Source of the DNA: Giardia intestinalis
Lineage: Eukaryota
NCBI GenBank assembly: GCA_000002435.2
Contig: CM018791.1
DNA length: 64,000 bases
Reading direction: 5' to 3' (one strand)
Program-made: the position numbers and the translations under genes
The notes under the pieces: model-generated
What the model saw: only the letters and a program-made list of their open reading frames with translations
The model's database searches: none
What the model was told of the DNA's origin: nothing
Part shown: positions 29,301 through 36,890 of the stretch, one piece after another
Numbering within the stretch: the stretch's first letter is position 1
How the letters are laid out: each line of letters starts with the position of its first letter

Positions 29301-29720
29301 TAGCTCGACGTTACAAGTAATTGTCCCCATAACCGTAACATCCGTGATTGATGTGCTATCGCACGCCCCCGCAAAGAGACCGGCTTTTTCTGTCTGCTGA
29401 TGAAGATCGTTTATTGCAGTTACTAGACGGAGCCGCCGAACTGTGCCCGTGAAGGTTTGAAAAAGACCCATGTTTCCCTTGGTCGGGACGAGTTTAAGGA
29501 TGGCTAGGTAATAATTTTGGCCGTCAATTGTTCCTGTGAAGCTGGGTATAGGGGTGAATGCCCGCTTCACTTGAACATTACTTGTAAATCTGAATTCCGC
29601 TCCTGGACACTCTCGCAGCTTTTCAAGTGACGTTTCGTCGTAGATCTCAAACGGGCCGTCACACGCCGCTGCCAGAGCAGAATAGAGTGTAGACAAAAGA
29701 AGAACTGAGATGCGTATCAT
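26310..29720 (-). CDS. high-cysteine membrane protein (HCMP): signal peptide, large non-Cys N-terminal domain, poly-Asp tract, VSP-like CXXC/CXC-rich region, one TM and a cytoplasmic tail
   Basis: N-terminal signal MIRISVLLLSTLYSALAAAC. About 400 aa of dense CxxC motifs (CSVCDP..CIICSG..CQVCKEGCIACP..CTKC...). TM segment IYIVVFAAIAIVGTLIIIVVIAI. The tail is longer than a VSP tail and does not end in CRGKA. Confidence 0.8.
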   Translation of the reverse strand: MIRISVLLLSTLYSALAAACDGPFEIYDETSLEKLRECPGAEFRFTSNVQVKRAFTPIPSFTGTIDGQNYYLAILKLVPTKGNMGLFQTFTGTVRRLRLVTAINDLHQQTEKAGLFAGACDSTSITDVTVMGTITCNVELDPTIAHYIGGFAGRAQNIGGNIESVVNLSIKITVGNLFVGGVLGSLDSVVETGQTGLVAKGFTYNGEISIGTLNMPRPTDPAATPIHVGGMVAKSERPLLDFSATNINVTIWAASLQVFYGGIAAIQSRSIMSSSVAGMYVFVNDCSATSYIGGVIGDLLPSCAGCTSIENTKATYESFIVRGQLAASGGFAAHSLNGDFTRCMCSYNHLWLSSPSGGFIGVAENVRISECAVHVTNYTASSATNLGTGGFVAVLNQNSLVNNSYILAENFTLDSSGVRKGCFAGEIANSIVSNSFLQFENATLVLASSQGTKFGFFVGLFSYKNAKTSIERSYLKISKFNYKMETEHTLDLGGFITEATASSSVATNRQLYVTQCWMDISLHLDFSRRPSGSKTCLVGLVDLARQGIEISDFYGRVHLHGDIINFERANCMCVISQVPALPSSLFHRIIFNLSYTYTGDPASTPGTIYVFGEGGECINCNQLIVANNKYIEQNNNYLFDPENMRTLNFYLNRGWAFGNVELWTARTLNAPPVLTALPYILNSFDKSITYTSSRSFDLANQTLGISGNNIGDDDDDDDDDDDDDDVGAEGYTFYFPVCLRDLCWDYTNVWNATDSPGHGELIWTTRECSVKLCSVCDPTSQFICIICSGGRLTDQGQCQVCKEGCIACPESPAICTKCADPGYEAQGGDCVNINVCLAEPDCLLCNVDNRMLCERCTRGHWLNKETNKCLPCPPNCYVCTTDTFCTQCSVAEIQPIAGSCDYSSTCADTSTCLFCQTDDPTHCLVCIDNSMTPNTNGICVSSDTLYCYIARCSMCLPNNPYWCAVCEVGSYVSSIYGICMYCETGCKQCTELECTMCIEADLLPIKGTCLYSSDCNISNCKFCGGVLYSTCLQCMDGYLQTGVDGACERQSVKNPKGIYIVVFAAIAIVGTLIIIVVIAIRITKRIKNNAEMSERVRLLATSQDRTPTTDPATPSRTFYTPTATFRDSGHEPTEQS
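27546..27587 (-). repeat. (GAY)14 trinucleotide run encoding D14 inside the HCMP ectodomain
   Basis: Plus strand reads atc/gtc x14. The protein reads IGDDDDDDDDDDDDDDVGAEG. Confidence 0.8.
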
Positions 29721-29879
29721 GTGTATCTAGCTTTCAAGGCCTTATGCTTAACAAATTTACTTGTATTCGATGTCAAAAATATTGCACACTAGTTGTTTTA
29801 AGAGGAGGTTGCGCGGCGGTTGAATAAGATTAACAAACAGTTATGCACTACTAGAACCTGAGAGAGATTGATGGGTGAA

Positions 29880-31010
29880 TCACTTTATAGTGGATTTTTT
29901 AACAAATTCCCTCAACACATAGACTGCTACGTCGTGGTCTGCCGCCACTTCATCGAGACTTAGTGCAACGGTTCGCTTTTTAACGGTACCGTCATTCATG
30001 GGATGGGTAAAGAGAATGGAGGCCTCATTAAAGCCCCCGGGTGACGCCTTGGAAGATTGCTTGATACTAATGCGACATGCCTTGGCTTCTATTATTGTGA
30101 GCACTTCTCTGAGACGGTTGCTAAGGTCCATCTCAATGGGGAGCTTGTTGGATCCAACTTTGTAGGCTCCTGTGAGCGCCCTGTCGATTACAGTGGCAAC
30201 AGGGTTGTACGACTGCTTTGCCGTCTGATCCTCCGAGCGTTTTGAGATGGACTCTATACCCTCATCTGCGTCATGAATGTCATCTGTATCACCTTCGGAC
30301 GATTCTCTGGGCGCAAGGCTGGACTTGCTGATGCTTGCAGTCTTAGTTTCCAAGTCATTGACATGAAGGCTCGCCTGGTTGGCGTCAGGGGTAGGTTCCA
30401 CGGACTGGCCTCCTTGCTTCTTCGGCTTGGGCTCGTGGAGCGCTTGAGACGAAGCGGAGTCGTCAGCTAAGGAGTTGATGATGATGTACTTTCCCGACTG
30501 AGCCATCTCCTTTCCAGCATTAGTCTCTTTTATAGATTTCCAGGCCAGGAGCGCAGCAGACCTACTCAGCTGCTCCATGGCCTTGATCAAAGTGATCCCG
30601 CTAGCGGCATTTCGCTTGCAATAGTCGTCTATGTATCGAGGATGGAGCCCATCCAAAGGTAGCCAGTTTTCCTCAGACCGAGGATCTGACGCAGGGAAGC
30701 CCTTCCAATCAACCAAGGCCTTCAGCGCTTTTCCACGGACGGCAAGGTCTTGGATCCGTTTGACAGCCCACATTTCGTCCCACTCTGGAACGTGATACTT
30801 ATTGTAGAAGGACTCGAGCTCATCCTGAGTGACACCTGACTTCTTGAAGGCATCATTTTCAGTGCAAAGACTTGAGTGAATGGTCCAGAAATTGACCTGC
30901 TTGCCGGGATTATTGTACTTGTAGAGGTTAACTTCTCCAGCGATGATATCTACGTCGATACCTCCAAACTTGGAGGGAGGCAACCCTCTGCTTCTTTTTT
31001 GGCGTGGCAT
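29880..31010 (-). CDS. chromodomain protein (HP1-like architecture: N-terminal chromodomain, acidic/Ser-rich hinge, possible chromo-shadow-like C-terminus)
   Basis: ATG start with a basic N-terminus (MPRQKRSRG). The chromodomain match is WAVKRIQDLAVRGKALKALVDWKGFPASDPRSEENWLPLDGL..RYIDDY, aligned against the consensus Y.VEKIL.RR...G...YL.KWKG.....NTWEPE.NL. The C-terminal PGGF...VAVYVLREFV is weakly chromo-shadow-like. Confidence 0.55.
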   Translation of the reverse strand: MPRQKRSRGLPPSKFGGIDVDIIAGEVNLYKYNNPGKQVNFWTIHSSLCTENDAFKKSGVTQDELESFYNKYHVPEWDEMWAVKRIQDLAVRGKALKALVDWKGFPASDPRSEENWLPLDGLHPRYIDDYCKRNAASGITLIKAMEQLSRSAALLAWKSIKETNAGKEMAQSGKYIIINSLADDSASSQALHEPKPKKQGGQSVEPTPDANQASLHVNDLETKTASISKSSLAPRESSEGDTDDIHDADEGIESISKRSEDQTAKQSYNPVATVIDRALTGAYKVGSNKLPIEMDLSNRLREVLTIIEAKACRISIKQSSKASPGGFNEASILFTHPMNDGTVKKRTVALSLDEVAADHDVAVYVLREFVKKSTIK

Positions 31011-31038
31011 GGGAATCTAACTGGCTCGGAAGGCGGTT

Positions 31039-33441
31039 ATGTTTTTTGGTTGCTTAATTTATTTGCCAAGTAGCGACGCCCTCCCCATGCTCAAAGCCTC
31101 TTTAGAGCAGCTCAGGAACGATCAGAAGATGACCCAGAGCCTCATATCGCATTATCGTGCACAACACATGGCTCAGATATGTCTCTGTCTTAAGAAGGCT
31201 CTCGACGCTCCTGCTTCCGAGGCTGTCGATCAACTCAAAAGAGCCATAGCATCCTTCGGCCGAATAAACGAGTCAGGCGCCTATTTTGAAGAGATTCGGC
31301 AGCTGCAATCTGGAGTACAGACAATCATTAATCGTGAAAAGCTCATTAGGCAGTACAATGAGGAACGGCTTGAAGTGTGTATAAAGGCTGCAGCCCGAAA
31401 AATGCGCTCCTGCGCTGTCTTTCCCGATGCTGAAACAGGCAGAAAACACCCAAGCCAAATGAGCGGCTTTAGTAGTGACGGGGCTCATCAGCAGCTGTAT
31501 ATGAATCTACTGACTATTCCAGACTACTTAGATGCTGTTAATCTGCTTGCTGTCTGTAGAAAGATCTATGTGTTGGATAGTTGTGTTTTCAGCGCTTTTT
31601 ACACTGCCATTTCAACGGCTCTCCTATTACAGGACTCCTCCCTTGTACACTTATTAGGTAGAGACTACCGCACTTGTATTCGTATCCTCTACTATCATGC
31701 TCTGTTTGAAGAGGCGGGAACTACCCTTGACTTCGCAGGATTGGGTACCAAGCTTTGTGAGTACATTCAGGAACTGTGCCTCACAACACCCCAGCTCCTC
31801 ACCAAGCTCAGCGTAGTGACTGCAGATGCCATAGCACAGGCGCTCAACTTCCAGGCTTTCGGGGCTGCCTTTTCTTCTGTGATTACCACTAACATTCTGG
31901 ACGAACTTCGCGATACTGTATACACCTTAGAAGGGAGTATTAAGCGCATCACAGCCACCACAGCTTCTGTGCAGGATTGCTTACAATCCCGACACATTCT
32001 AGAGAAGATTACCATGCAAGATAAGACAGTGTGCATTGACGCTCACCCCAGCTACATCTCAGACAGCCAGGATCGTTTGCTGGTTGCTCAAAGTATCGTT
32101 AACCGTCTAGCGTTCTCGCCTTCCTTTTTAGCCGTAACCAAAGACATTGATGCTGGTAGTGTTTCTGGATCTTTGGCAATGGAGTTGACAACCGCTCAAC
32201 TAGCTGTAGTTCAAAGGTCTATTTTTGCTCTTTTTGGAGTGTCAGGAACAGTTGAGCTTTCTTTGCAGTACGACAGTATGCTTGCGTACGGAACACGCTC
32301 ATTTTATGCCCCTGCGCTGATGCGGCTGTACTCCATTATCTTAGAGTATTCAGTTGCTCTTGCGCGTCTTGAAAGCATCTATAAGCACCACGGCGTATCA
32401 TGGCAGCCGGACTTGGCCAAGGCATTATTTCTTGATGGCCTTTCTCGCATGCTGTCCTCATTTGGGTATGTGGATTGCTCTCTAGTGGTAACCATTGACG
32501 AAGACCTCTGCACCAGAGGTGAAAATTCTGATGCCATAAGGGCTCTGCGTGCATTCAATACAGAACTGAGCTTAGATGTTAAGAAGCCTCTTGCAGCAGC
32601 GTGCCTCCAGGCCAGTCGCTATGGACTCCTCACCTATGCGTCTCTTCTATTAGGATATCCTCCTTCAACGGAGCATACGTTATCTCTAGAGACCTCAGTC
32701 ATCTGTGCCTATAAAACCGCGATTGAACGACTCTGCCGATGCTGTCTTTCAACGATTCTTGGAGGAAGCGTTCAGCCCAGCGAATCTCTTATAAATAAGT
32801 CTGCCCATCTTCTTTCATTTGCCGCGGAACTACTGATCACAACATTTGTAGGCTGTCCCCTGTTGGAGCAGTATCTGAAGACACCACACGGACTGTGCAT
32901 ATCCTTAATCGCACTAGTAAGTCAAGCTGTCGTTACAGCTCTCATCACAACCAGTGATCTTCGCCGCCCTCAAAGATCAACGGCCTGCAGCTTTCTCAGC
33001 TCGCTTTCCAGGTTCATGTTACACCTTGGCAGCACTGGGCCTAGATCGTTGGTATACTCCTGTCTTGGCGATAGAAGATATGACTCCAGCATGTACGTAT
33101 CTGCTGTGCCGTCATCATCGGAGCACGAAGAGATGTGTGTGGCGTATGAAACATATGGTGACACATATTACCTTCAGACGTGTATCCCGCTAATTGTCTT
33201 AGGTATAGCAGTAAAGCGCCAAAGGGCACTCGCAGCATTCTACAGCACTAAGGGGATTGATTCACTCACTGAGCTAATAAAGGTCGAACAACAGGGCAAG
33301 GATGCACATAGATTATTCATGCCCGGGGACCTGTCGGCCATCATCAGAACGTCTTTAGAAGATGACAATGAGGCTTCTGAGGCGGCAACTCAGGAGCTTA
33401 TCTCATTCATCAAGTCCGGGGCATTTATATGGAGTGCATAG
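31039..33441 (+). CDS. hypothetical alpha-helical protein (800 aa)
   Basis: Long ORF with ATG at 31039; an alternative ATG at 31087 gives MLKASLEQ. It is divergent from the chromodomain gene, 28 bp between start codons. No recognisable motif. Confidence 0.55.
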   Translation: MFFGCLIYLPSSDALPMLKASLEQLRNDQKMTQSLISHYRAQHMAQICLCLKKALDAPASEAVDQLKRAIASFGRINESGAYFEEIRQLQSGVQTIINREKLIRQYNEERLEVCIKAAARKMRSCAVFPDAETGRKHPSQMSGFSSDGAHQQLYMNLLTIPDYLDAVNLLAVCRKIYVLDSCVFSAFYTAISTALLLQDSSLVHLLGRDYRTCIRILYYHALFEEAGTTLDFAGLGTKLCEYIQELCLTTPQLLTKLSVVTADAIAQALNFQAFGAAFSSVITTNILDELRDTVYTLEGSIKRITATTASVQDCLQSRHILEKITMQDKTVCIDAHPSYISDSQDRLLVAQSIVNRLAFSPSFLAVTKDIDAGSVSGSLAMELTTAQLAVVQRSIFALFGVSGTVELSLQYDSMLAYGTRSFYAPALMRLYSIILEYSVALARLESIYKHHGVSWQPDLAKALFLDGLSRMLSSFGYVDCSLVVTIDEDLCTRGENSDAIRALRAFNTELSLDVKKPLAAACLQASRYGLLTYASLLLGYPPSTEHTLSLETSVICAYKTAIERLCRCCLSTILGGSVQPSESLINKSAHLLSFAAELLITTFVGCPLLEQYLKTPHGLCISLIALVSQAVVTALITTSDLRRPQRSTACSFLSSLSRFMLHLGSTGPRSLVYSCLGDRRYDSSMYVSAVPSSSEHEEMCVAYETYGDTYYLQTCIPLIVLGIAVKRQRALAAFYSTKGIDSLTELIKVEQQGKDAHRLFMPGDLSAIIRTSLEDDNEASEAATQELISFIKSGAFIWSA

Positions 33442-33443
33442 GA

Positions 33444-34454
33444 TCAGGCCTTCGCCACATACTGCGGCTGCTCCTTGCAGTACCGCTTCAAGCCAAAAAA
33501 CTCCTTAGGTCTGTATTTTCTGTCTACGTCGTCGACAAACTTAGTTATCTGATTCCATGTGTTCAGACTGAGAGAAGGTTTCTCTTTAGCAAAGACAGTA
33601 CTTTTTACTACACCACTGTTAAATTTGTGCAGGGCTTTTAAAAGGCCCTGCAGAACTGCCTCTATGTGGAAGACATGTGCTTTGCTGATGTCTTCTGATA
33701 TGTTTACGTCGCGAACTCTGTCCAGGACAACCTGGATCAATACATATTCATACCTTTTACCAGTGCATGCGTGTATAATGAGGAAAAAGTATACTATCGC
33801 CGAGATGAGGTCATAGTATCTTTCGTTTTTCTTGGCCTCTTCGGTGGTAACAAACACACGCAGCAGCTCACGTATTTTCGTACGCTTCTCCGACTCAGAT
33901 TCGTAAAGGCCCAGAATGTAAGGACACATCATAACCATAGTGATATGGAAGATTACGTATATCTGGGGATCGTTCTCTATCTGTCTTTGAAAGAGGGTTT
34001 GCAACTCCTTGCAGAAATTATCACTTGGATCTTCATCTATGAACGGGTACACCTCCCACACGTATCCCAGGAGCTGCTGAACAAACACAAACGCAGGGAT
34101 GTTACAGGATCTACCGCTAGACTGTGCATTTCTGTGTTCACGAAGTATTTCCCTAAAGGTGTTCTCATTTTCTGCAGAGGCCAATCTATTGAACGTTTTC
34201 TTCAGCAACCCTAGATACCGTAAACCCCTTTCGAGATCTTTGCGGGTGTCGGGACCAGCGACGTCCTGTTCCGGTGCTAGGTAACCCCGTATGCTCTGAG
34301 AAATTCCTTGATAAAGAGGAGATCCAATGTGAAAGGCATTTCTGTAAATAGTTGCCGGGCTGGAATCCTCGTATTCAGTGGGTGGCTCGATTGCAGCTAG
34401 TGCCTCTGCTGGTTGCATAATCTCTTCGGCGTTCATCCGGAGATCAAGGTCCAT
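33444..34454 (-). CDS. hypothetical protein (336 aa)
   Basis: ATG in A-rich context (GCTAAAAAGTTACAGCGGGCATGG). It is convergent with the previous gene, with only 2 bp between stop codons. Confidence 0.5.
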   Translation of the reverse strand: MDLDLRMNAEEIMQPAEALAAIEPPTEYEDSSPATIYRNAFHIGSPLYQGISQSIRGYLAPEQDVAGPDTRKDLERGLRYLGLLKKTFNRLASAENENTFREILREHRNAQSSGRSCNIPAFVFVQQLLGYVWEVYPFIDEDPSDNFCKELQTLFQRQIENDPQIYVIFHITMVMMCPYILGLYESESEKRTKIRELLRVFVTTEEAKKNERYYDLISAIVYFFLIIHACTGKRYEYVLIQVVLDRVRDVNISEDISKAHVFHIEAVLQGLLKALHKFNSGVVKSTVFAKEKPSLSLNTWNQITKFVDDVDRKYRPKEFFGLKRYCKEQPQYVAKA

Positions 34455-34514
34455 GCCCGCTGTAACTTTTTAGCTTAACCGGACCACCAGACACAGTTGA
34501 GGACAAAAGCGGAT

Positions 34515-35405
34515 TCACTCTACGTCTGCATAGTGGAAGCCCTCGTGCTCTATGCCACACTCGTCGCCGCCGCGAACGATTCTAAAGTAGCCGTCCTCAC
34601 CCCAGTCAGGGCCCCAGGAGTTGCGGACAGTCCAGTAGTCGAGGCCGGAGTCTGTCACGCCATACCCAATTATCTCTACGGCGTGGCCGCCAAGCCAGAG
34701 CCCCCACCTGTGCTGGTAAACACCGCTCTTGTAATACATGAAGTCCTGCGCGACGTTGAAGGTCGCTACAACGGGGCCGTGAGCGAGAAGGACGTCGATT
34801 GCAGACCCGGACTTCGACCCGCTAGTGGCGACGACGTTCTCCACAGCGGATCCGTCGTCGCACTTCTGGGGGCAAAACTTGACGACAGCATCGTCTCCGG
34901 CCGTGTACCCCACGCAGCTAGCCAGAACAGTCCCCGTGTTGTGGAGGAAATTGAAGGCGTTCACTGGCTCGCCGCCGTTGCAGCCGTGGTCCTTGCGGTC
35001 GCAGTCAAGCACGTACTGAACCGAGTAGCTAACGCCCGTGGCATCCAACCCGCTCCTGCAGCGGTGATCTGCGAAGGTCTGGACGGAGGAGAAGGCCCAG
35101 CAGGATCCGCAGTTGCCCTGATCAACGACCTCTGTGATGCAGTGAGGATACTCGTCGCGGAAGTCATAACTCTCCGGGGCCCCAACAGGAGGCGTGGTGC
35201 TGCGCCTCATGGTAATTGCAGGTCTGGACGTGTCAACAAGGGGACCGAACATAGCCTTGACCTCGTCCAGGGACTTGCCCATAAAACGCTTCGGAAGCTC
35301 CGGGACCCAGGTGAGACCATCGAGCGCCTTAATTGTGTGGAGATCGGCGTGGGAGACAGCCGGAGCGGCAAGAACTGCACCTAGCAAAAGAGAAGCCCCT
35401 ATCAT
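34515..35405 (-). CDS. cathepsin B-like cysteine protease precursor (giardipain/CP2-type)
   Basis: Active-site Cys motif CGSCWAFSSVQTFADHRC. His region GGHAVEIIGYG. Asn/Trp region YWTVRNSWGPDWGEDGYFRIVRG. I chose M65 of the track ORF, which gives the signal peptide MIGASLLLGAVLAAPAVSHA and the context AAATTAAAATGATAGG. Confidence 0.85.
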   Translation of the reverse strand: MIGASLLLGAVLAAPAVSHADLHTIKALDGLTWVPELPKRFMGKSLDEVKAMFGPLVDTSRPAITMRRSTTPPVGAPESYDFRDEYPHCITEVVDQGNCGSCWAFSSVQTFADHRCRSGLDATGVSYSVQYVLDCDRKDHGCNGGEPVNAFNFLHNTGTVLASCVGYTAGDDAVVKFCPQKCDDGSAVENVVATSGSKSGSAIDVLLAHGPVVATFNVAQDFMYYKSGVYQHRWGLWLGGHAVEIIGYGVTDSGLDYWTVRNSWGPDWGEDGYFRIVRGGDECGIEHEGFHYADVE

Positions 35406-35759
35406 TTTAATTTCGATTTTGCCCGTTTGTGTGTACAGGCAAGTATGACAGGTACGTGACTTTTCTACAAATCGTTGTCTGCTTGATGCACTGAGAGGTA
35501 GCGCGGACAAAGATCTAGCTCTGCAAGCTGTTCTGAGCCAAGAGATAGTGATAAAGACTTTAGCTAAAAGCATGTTTGGCTCAATCAATGCATCCATAAC
35601 TGGTGAGAAACTATAAATACCTGCTAGAATACCTTCATATAGAAATATCTATTTAACGAGATAGAATGAATGAGACAGCGGTTTCTTCACTTGCCTGAAA
35701 ACATGCTGCACAGTTACCGATATAACGTGATGCTAGACCGAAGAAGCCAGTGATAAAAA

Positions 35760-36890
35760 ATGTCCAGTCATGATCCGCTGACTCCGACCATTCTCCAGCT
35801 CCACGCGGAACAAGCTAACTATACAGTCAATGGAATTGCCTGGATTCCTCAGTCTGCCAGATTGCTCACCGTTGGAATGACTTCGAGAGGCACAGGGCCT
35901 GTTTCCATCTGGGAGATGAAGAACCAGAAGCTGTCTGTACAATCATCGTGCGAGCATGTGCACGCTGTTAAATGTGTGAGTTTCGGGGCATCAATTAGCC
36001 CGAAGCGGGAGTTCGCCATCGGAGACCATAATGGGGGGTTGGGCGTGTTTGATATTGAGCGTCTCAAAACCCCCATCTTCGCTGCCAAGGCTCATGATGG
36101 AATGGTGCATTGTCTTGACGCGTTTGGTGGGAAGAATCCTGCCGCATATGGCGCCCCAGAAATCGTCACGGGCGGTTCTGATGGCGTTGTCAACGTATGG
36201 GACATAAGGCACCCCACGCCTGTTGTGCGCCTTCGTCCCAACTTGGAGTCTGCTTTGGATGTCGGTTACAAGGATGAAGGCTATGTACGGGTTTATCCAG
36301 AATGCTGGGCCGTATCTTTTGGAGGAGCTTCCTCGCCTACCCATAGATATATCGCCATGGGATATGATAACGGTGATTTGAAGGTTCTTGATTTGCGCGA
36401 GCAGCGTTTAATATACGAGCAGCACTTCCCTAACGGGATTGTTGGGATAGACTACGATAGGCCAGATATCGCTCCCAACAAACTTGTAGCTTCAACCTTA
36501 CAAGGACATGCGTACATAATTGATCAGCGAACATTCCACCAAACGGAGCACTATGCACTGCTAGATTATAAGCCATTTGGTGCTGACTCAACGGCGACTC
36601 TCTGGCGTGTGAGTCACTCCCCGTCATCTCGAGACGTTTTCGTAACTTGTGGTGGGGGACGTTTAGCCCTCTGTAAGTACGAGCCCCCTGCTGAACGCAC
36701 CCGTAAGCTTGAAGACGGCAGTGAGGTCGGCGTAATGGGAACCTGTAAAACAATATGCGACATTCCTGTCAGCCAACAAACTATCACAACCCTATGTTGG
36801 AATAGAGAGAAGCATGGATTGCTAGGATGGAGCGGTGTCGACCAGACTGTCAGTGTAGGCTTTGTCACTAACCTTAGTTCTCTCGAATAA
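35760..36890 (+). CDS. WDR92/Monad-like WD40 protein (candidate axonemal dynein preassembly factor)
   Basis: ATG in context GATAAAAAATGTCC. Blocks matching WDR92 from memory: NYTVNGIAWIPQSARLLTVGMTSRGTG, GAPEIVTGGSDGVVNVWDIRHP, YDNGDLKVLDLRE, NKLVASTLQGHAYIIDQRT. Confidence 0.65.
   Translation: MSSHDPLTPTILQLHAEQANYTVNGIAWIPQSARLLTVGMTSRGTGPVSIWEMKNQKLSVQSSCEHVHAVKCVSFGASISPKREFAIGDHNGGLGVFDIERLKTPIFAAKAHDGMVHCLDAFGGKNPAAYGAPEIVTGGSDGVVNVWDIRHPTPVVRLRPNLESALDVGYKDEGYVRVYPECWAVSFGGASSPTHRYIAMGYDNGDLKVLDLREQRLIYEQHFPNGIVGIDYDRPDIAPNKLVASTLQGHAYIIDQRTFHQTEHYALLDYKPFGADSTATLWRVSHSPSSRDVFVTCGGGRLALCKYEPPAERTRKLEDGSEVGVMGTCKTICDIPVSQQTITTLCWNREKHGLLGWSGVDQTVSVGFVTNLSSLE

Noticed and set aside
34497-35384. 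295-aa ORF on the plus strand, antisense to the cathepsin B gene
   Set aside because: It lies entirely inside a gene with unmistakable protease motifs on the other strand. It is GC/Ala/Gly/Arg-rich with no start context. This is typical antisense-frame noise.
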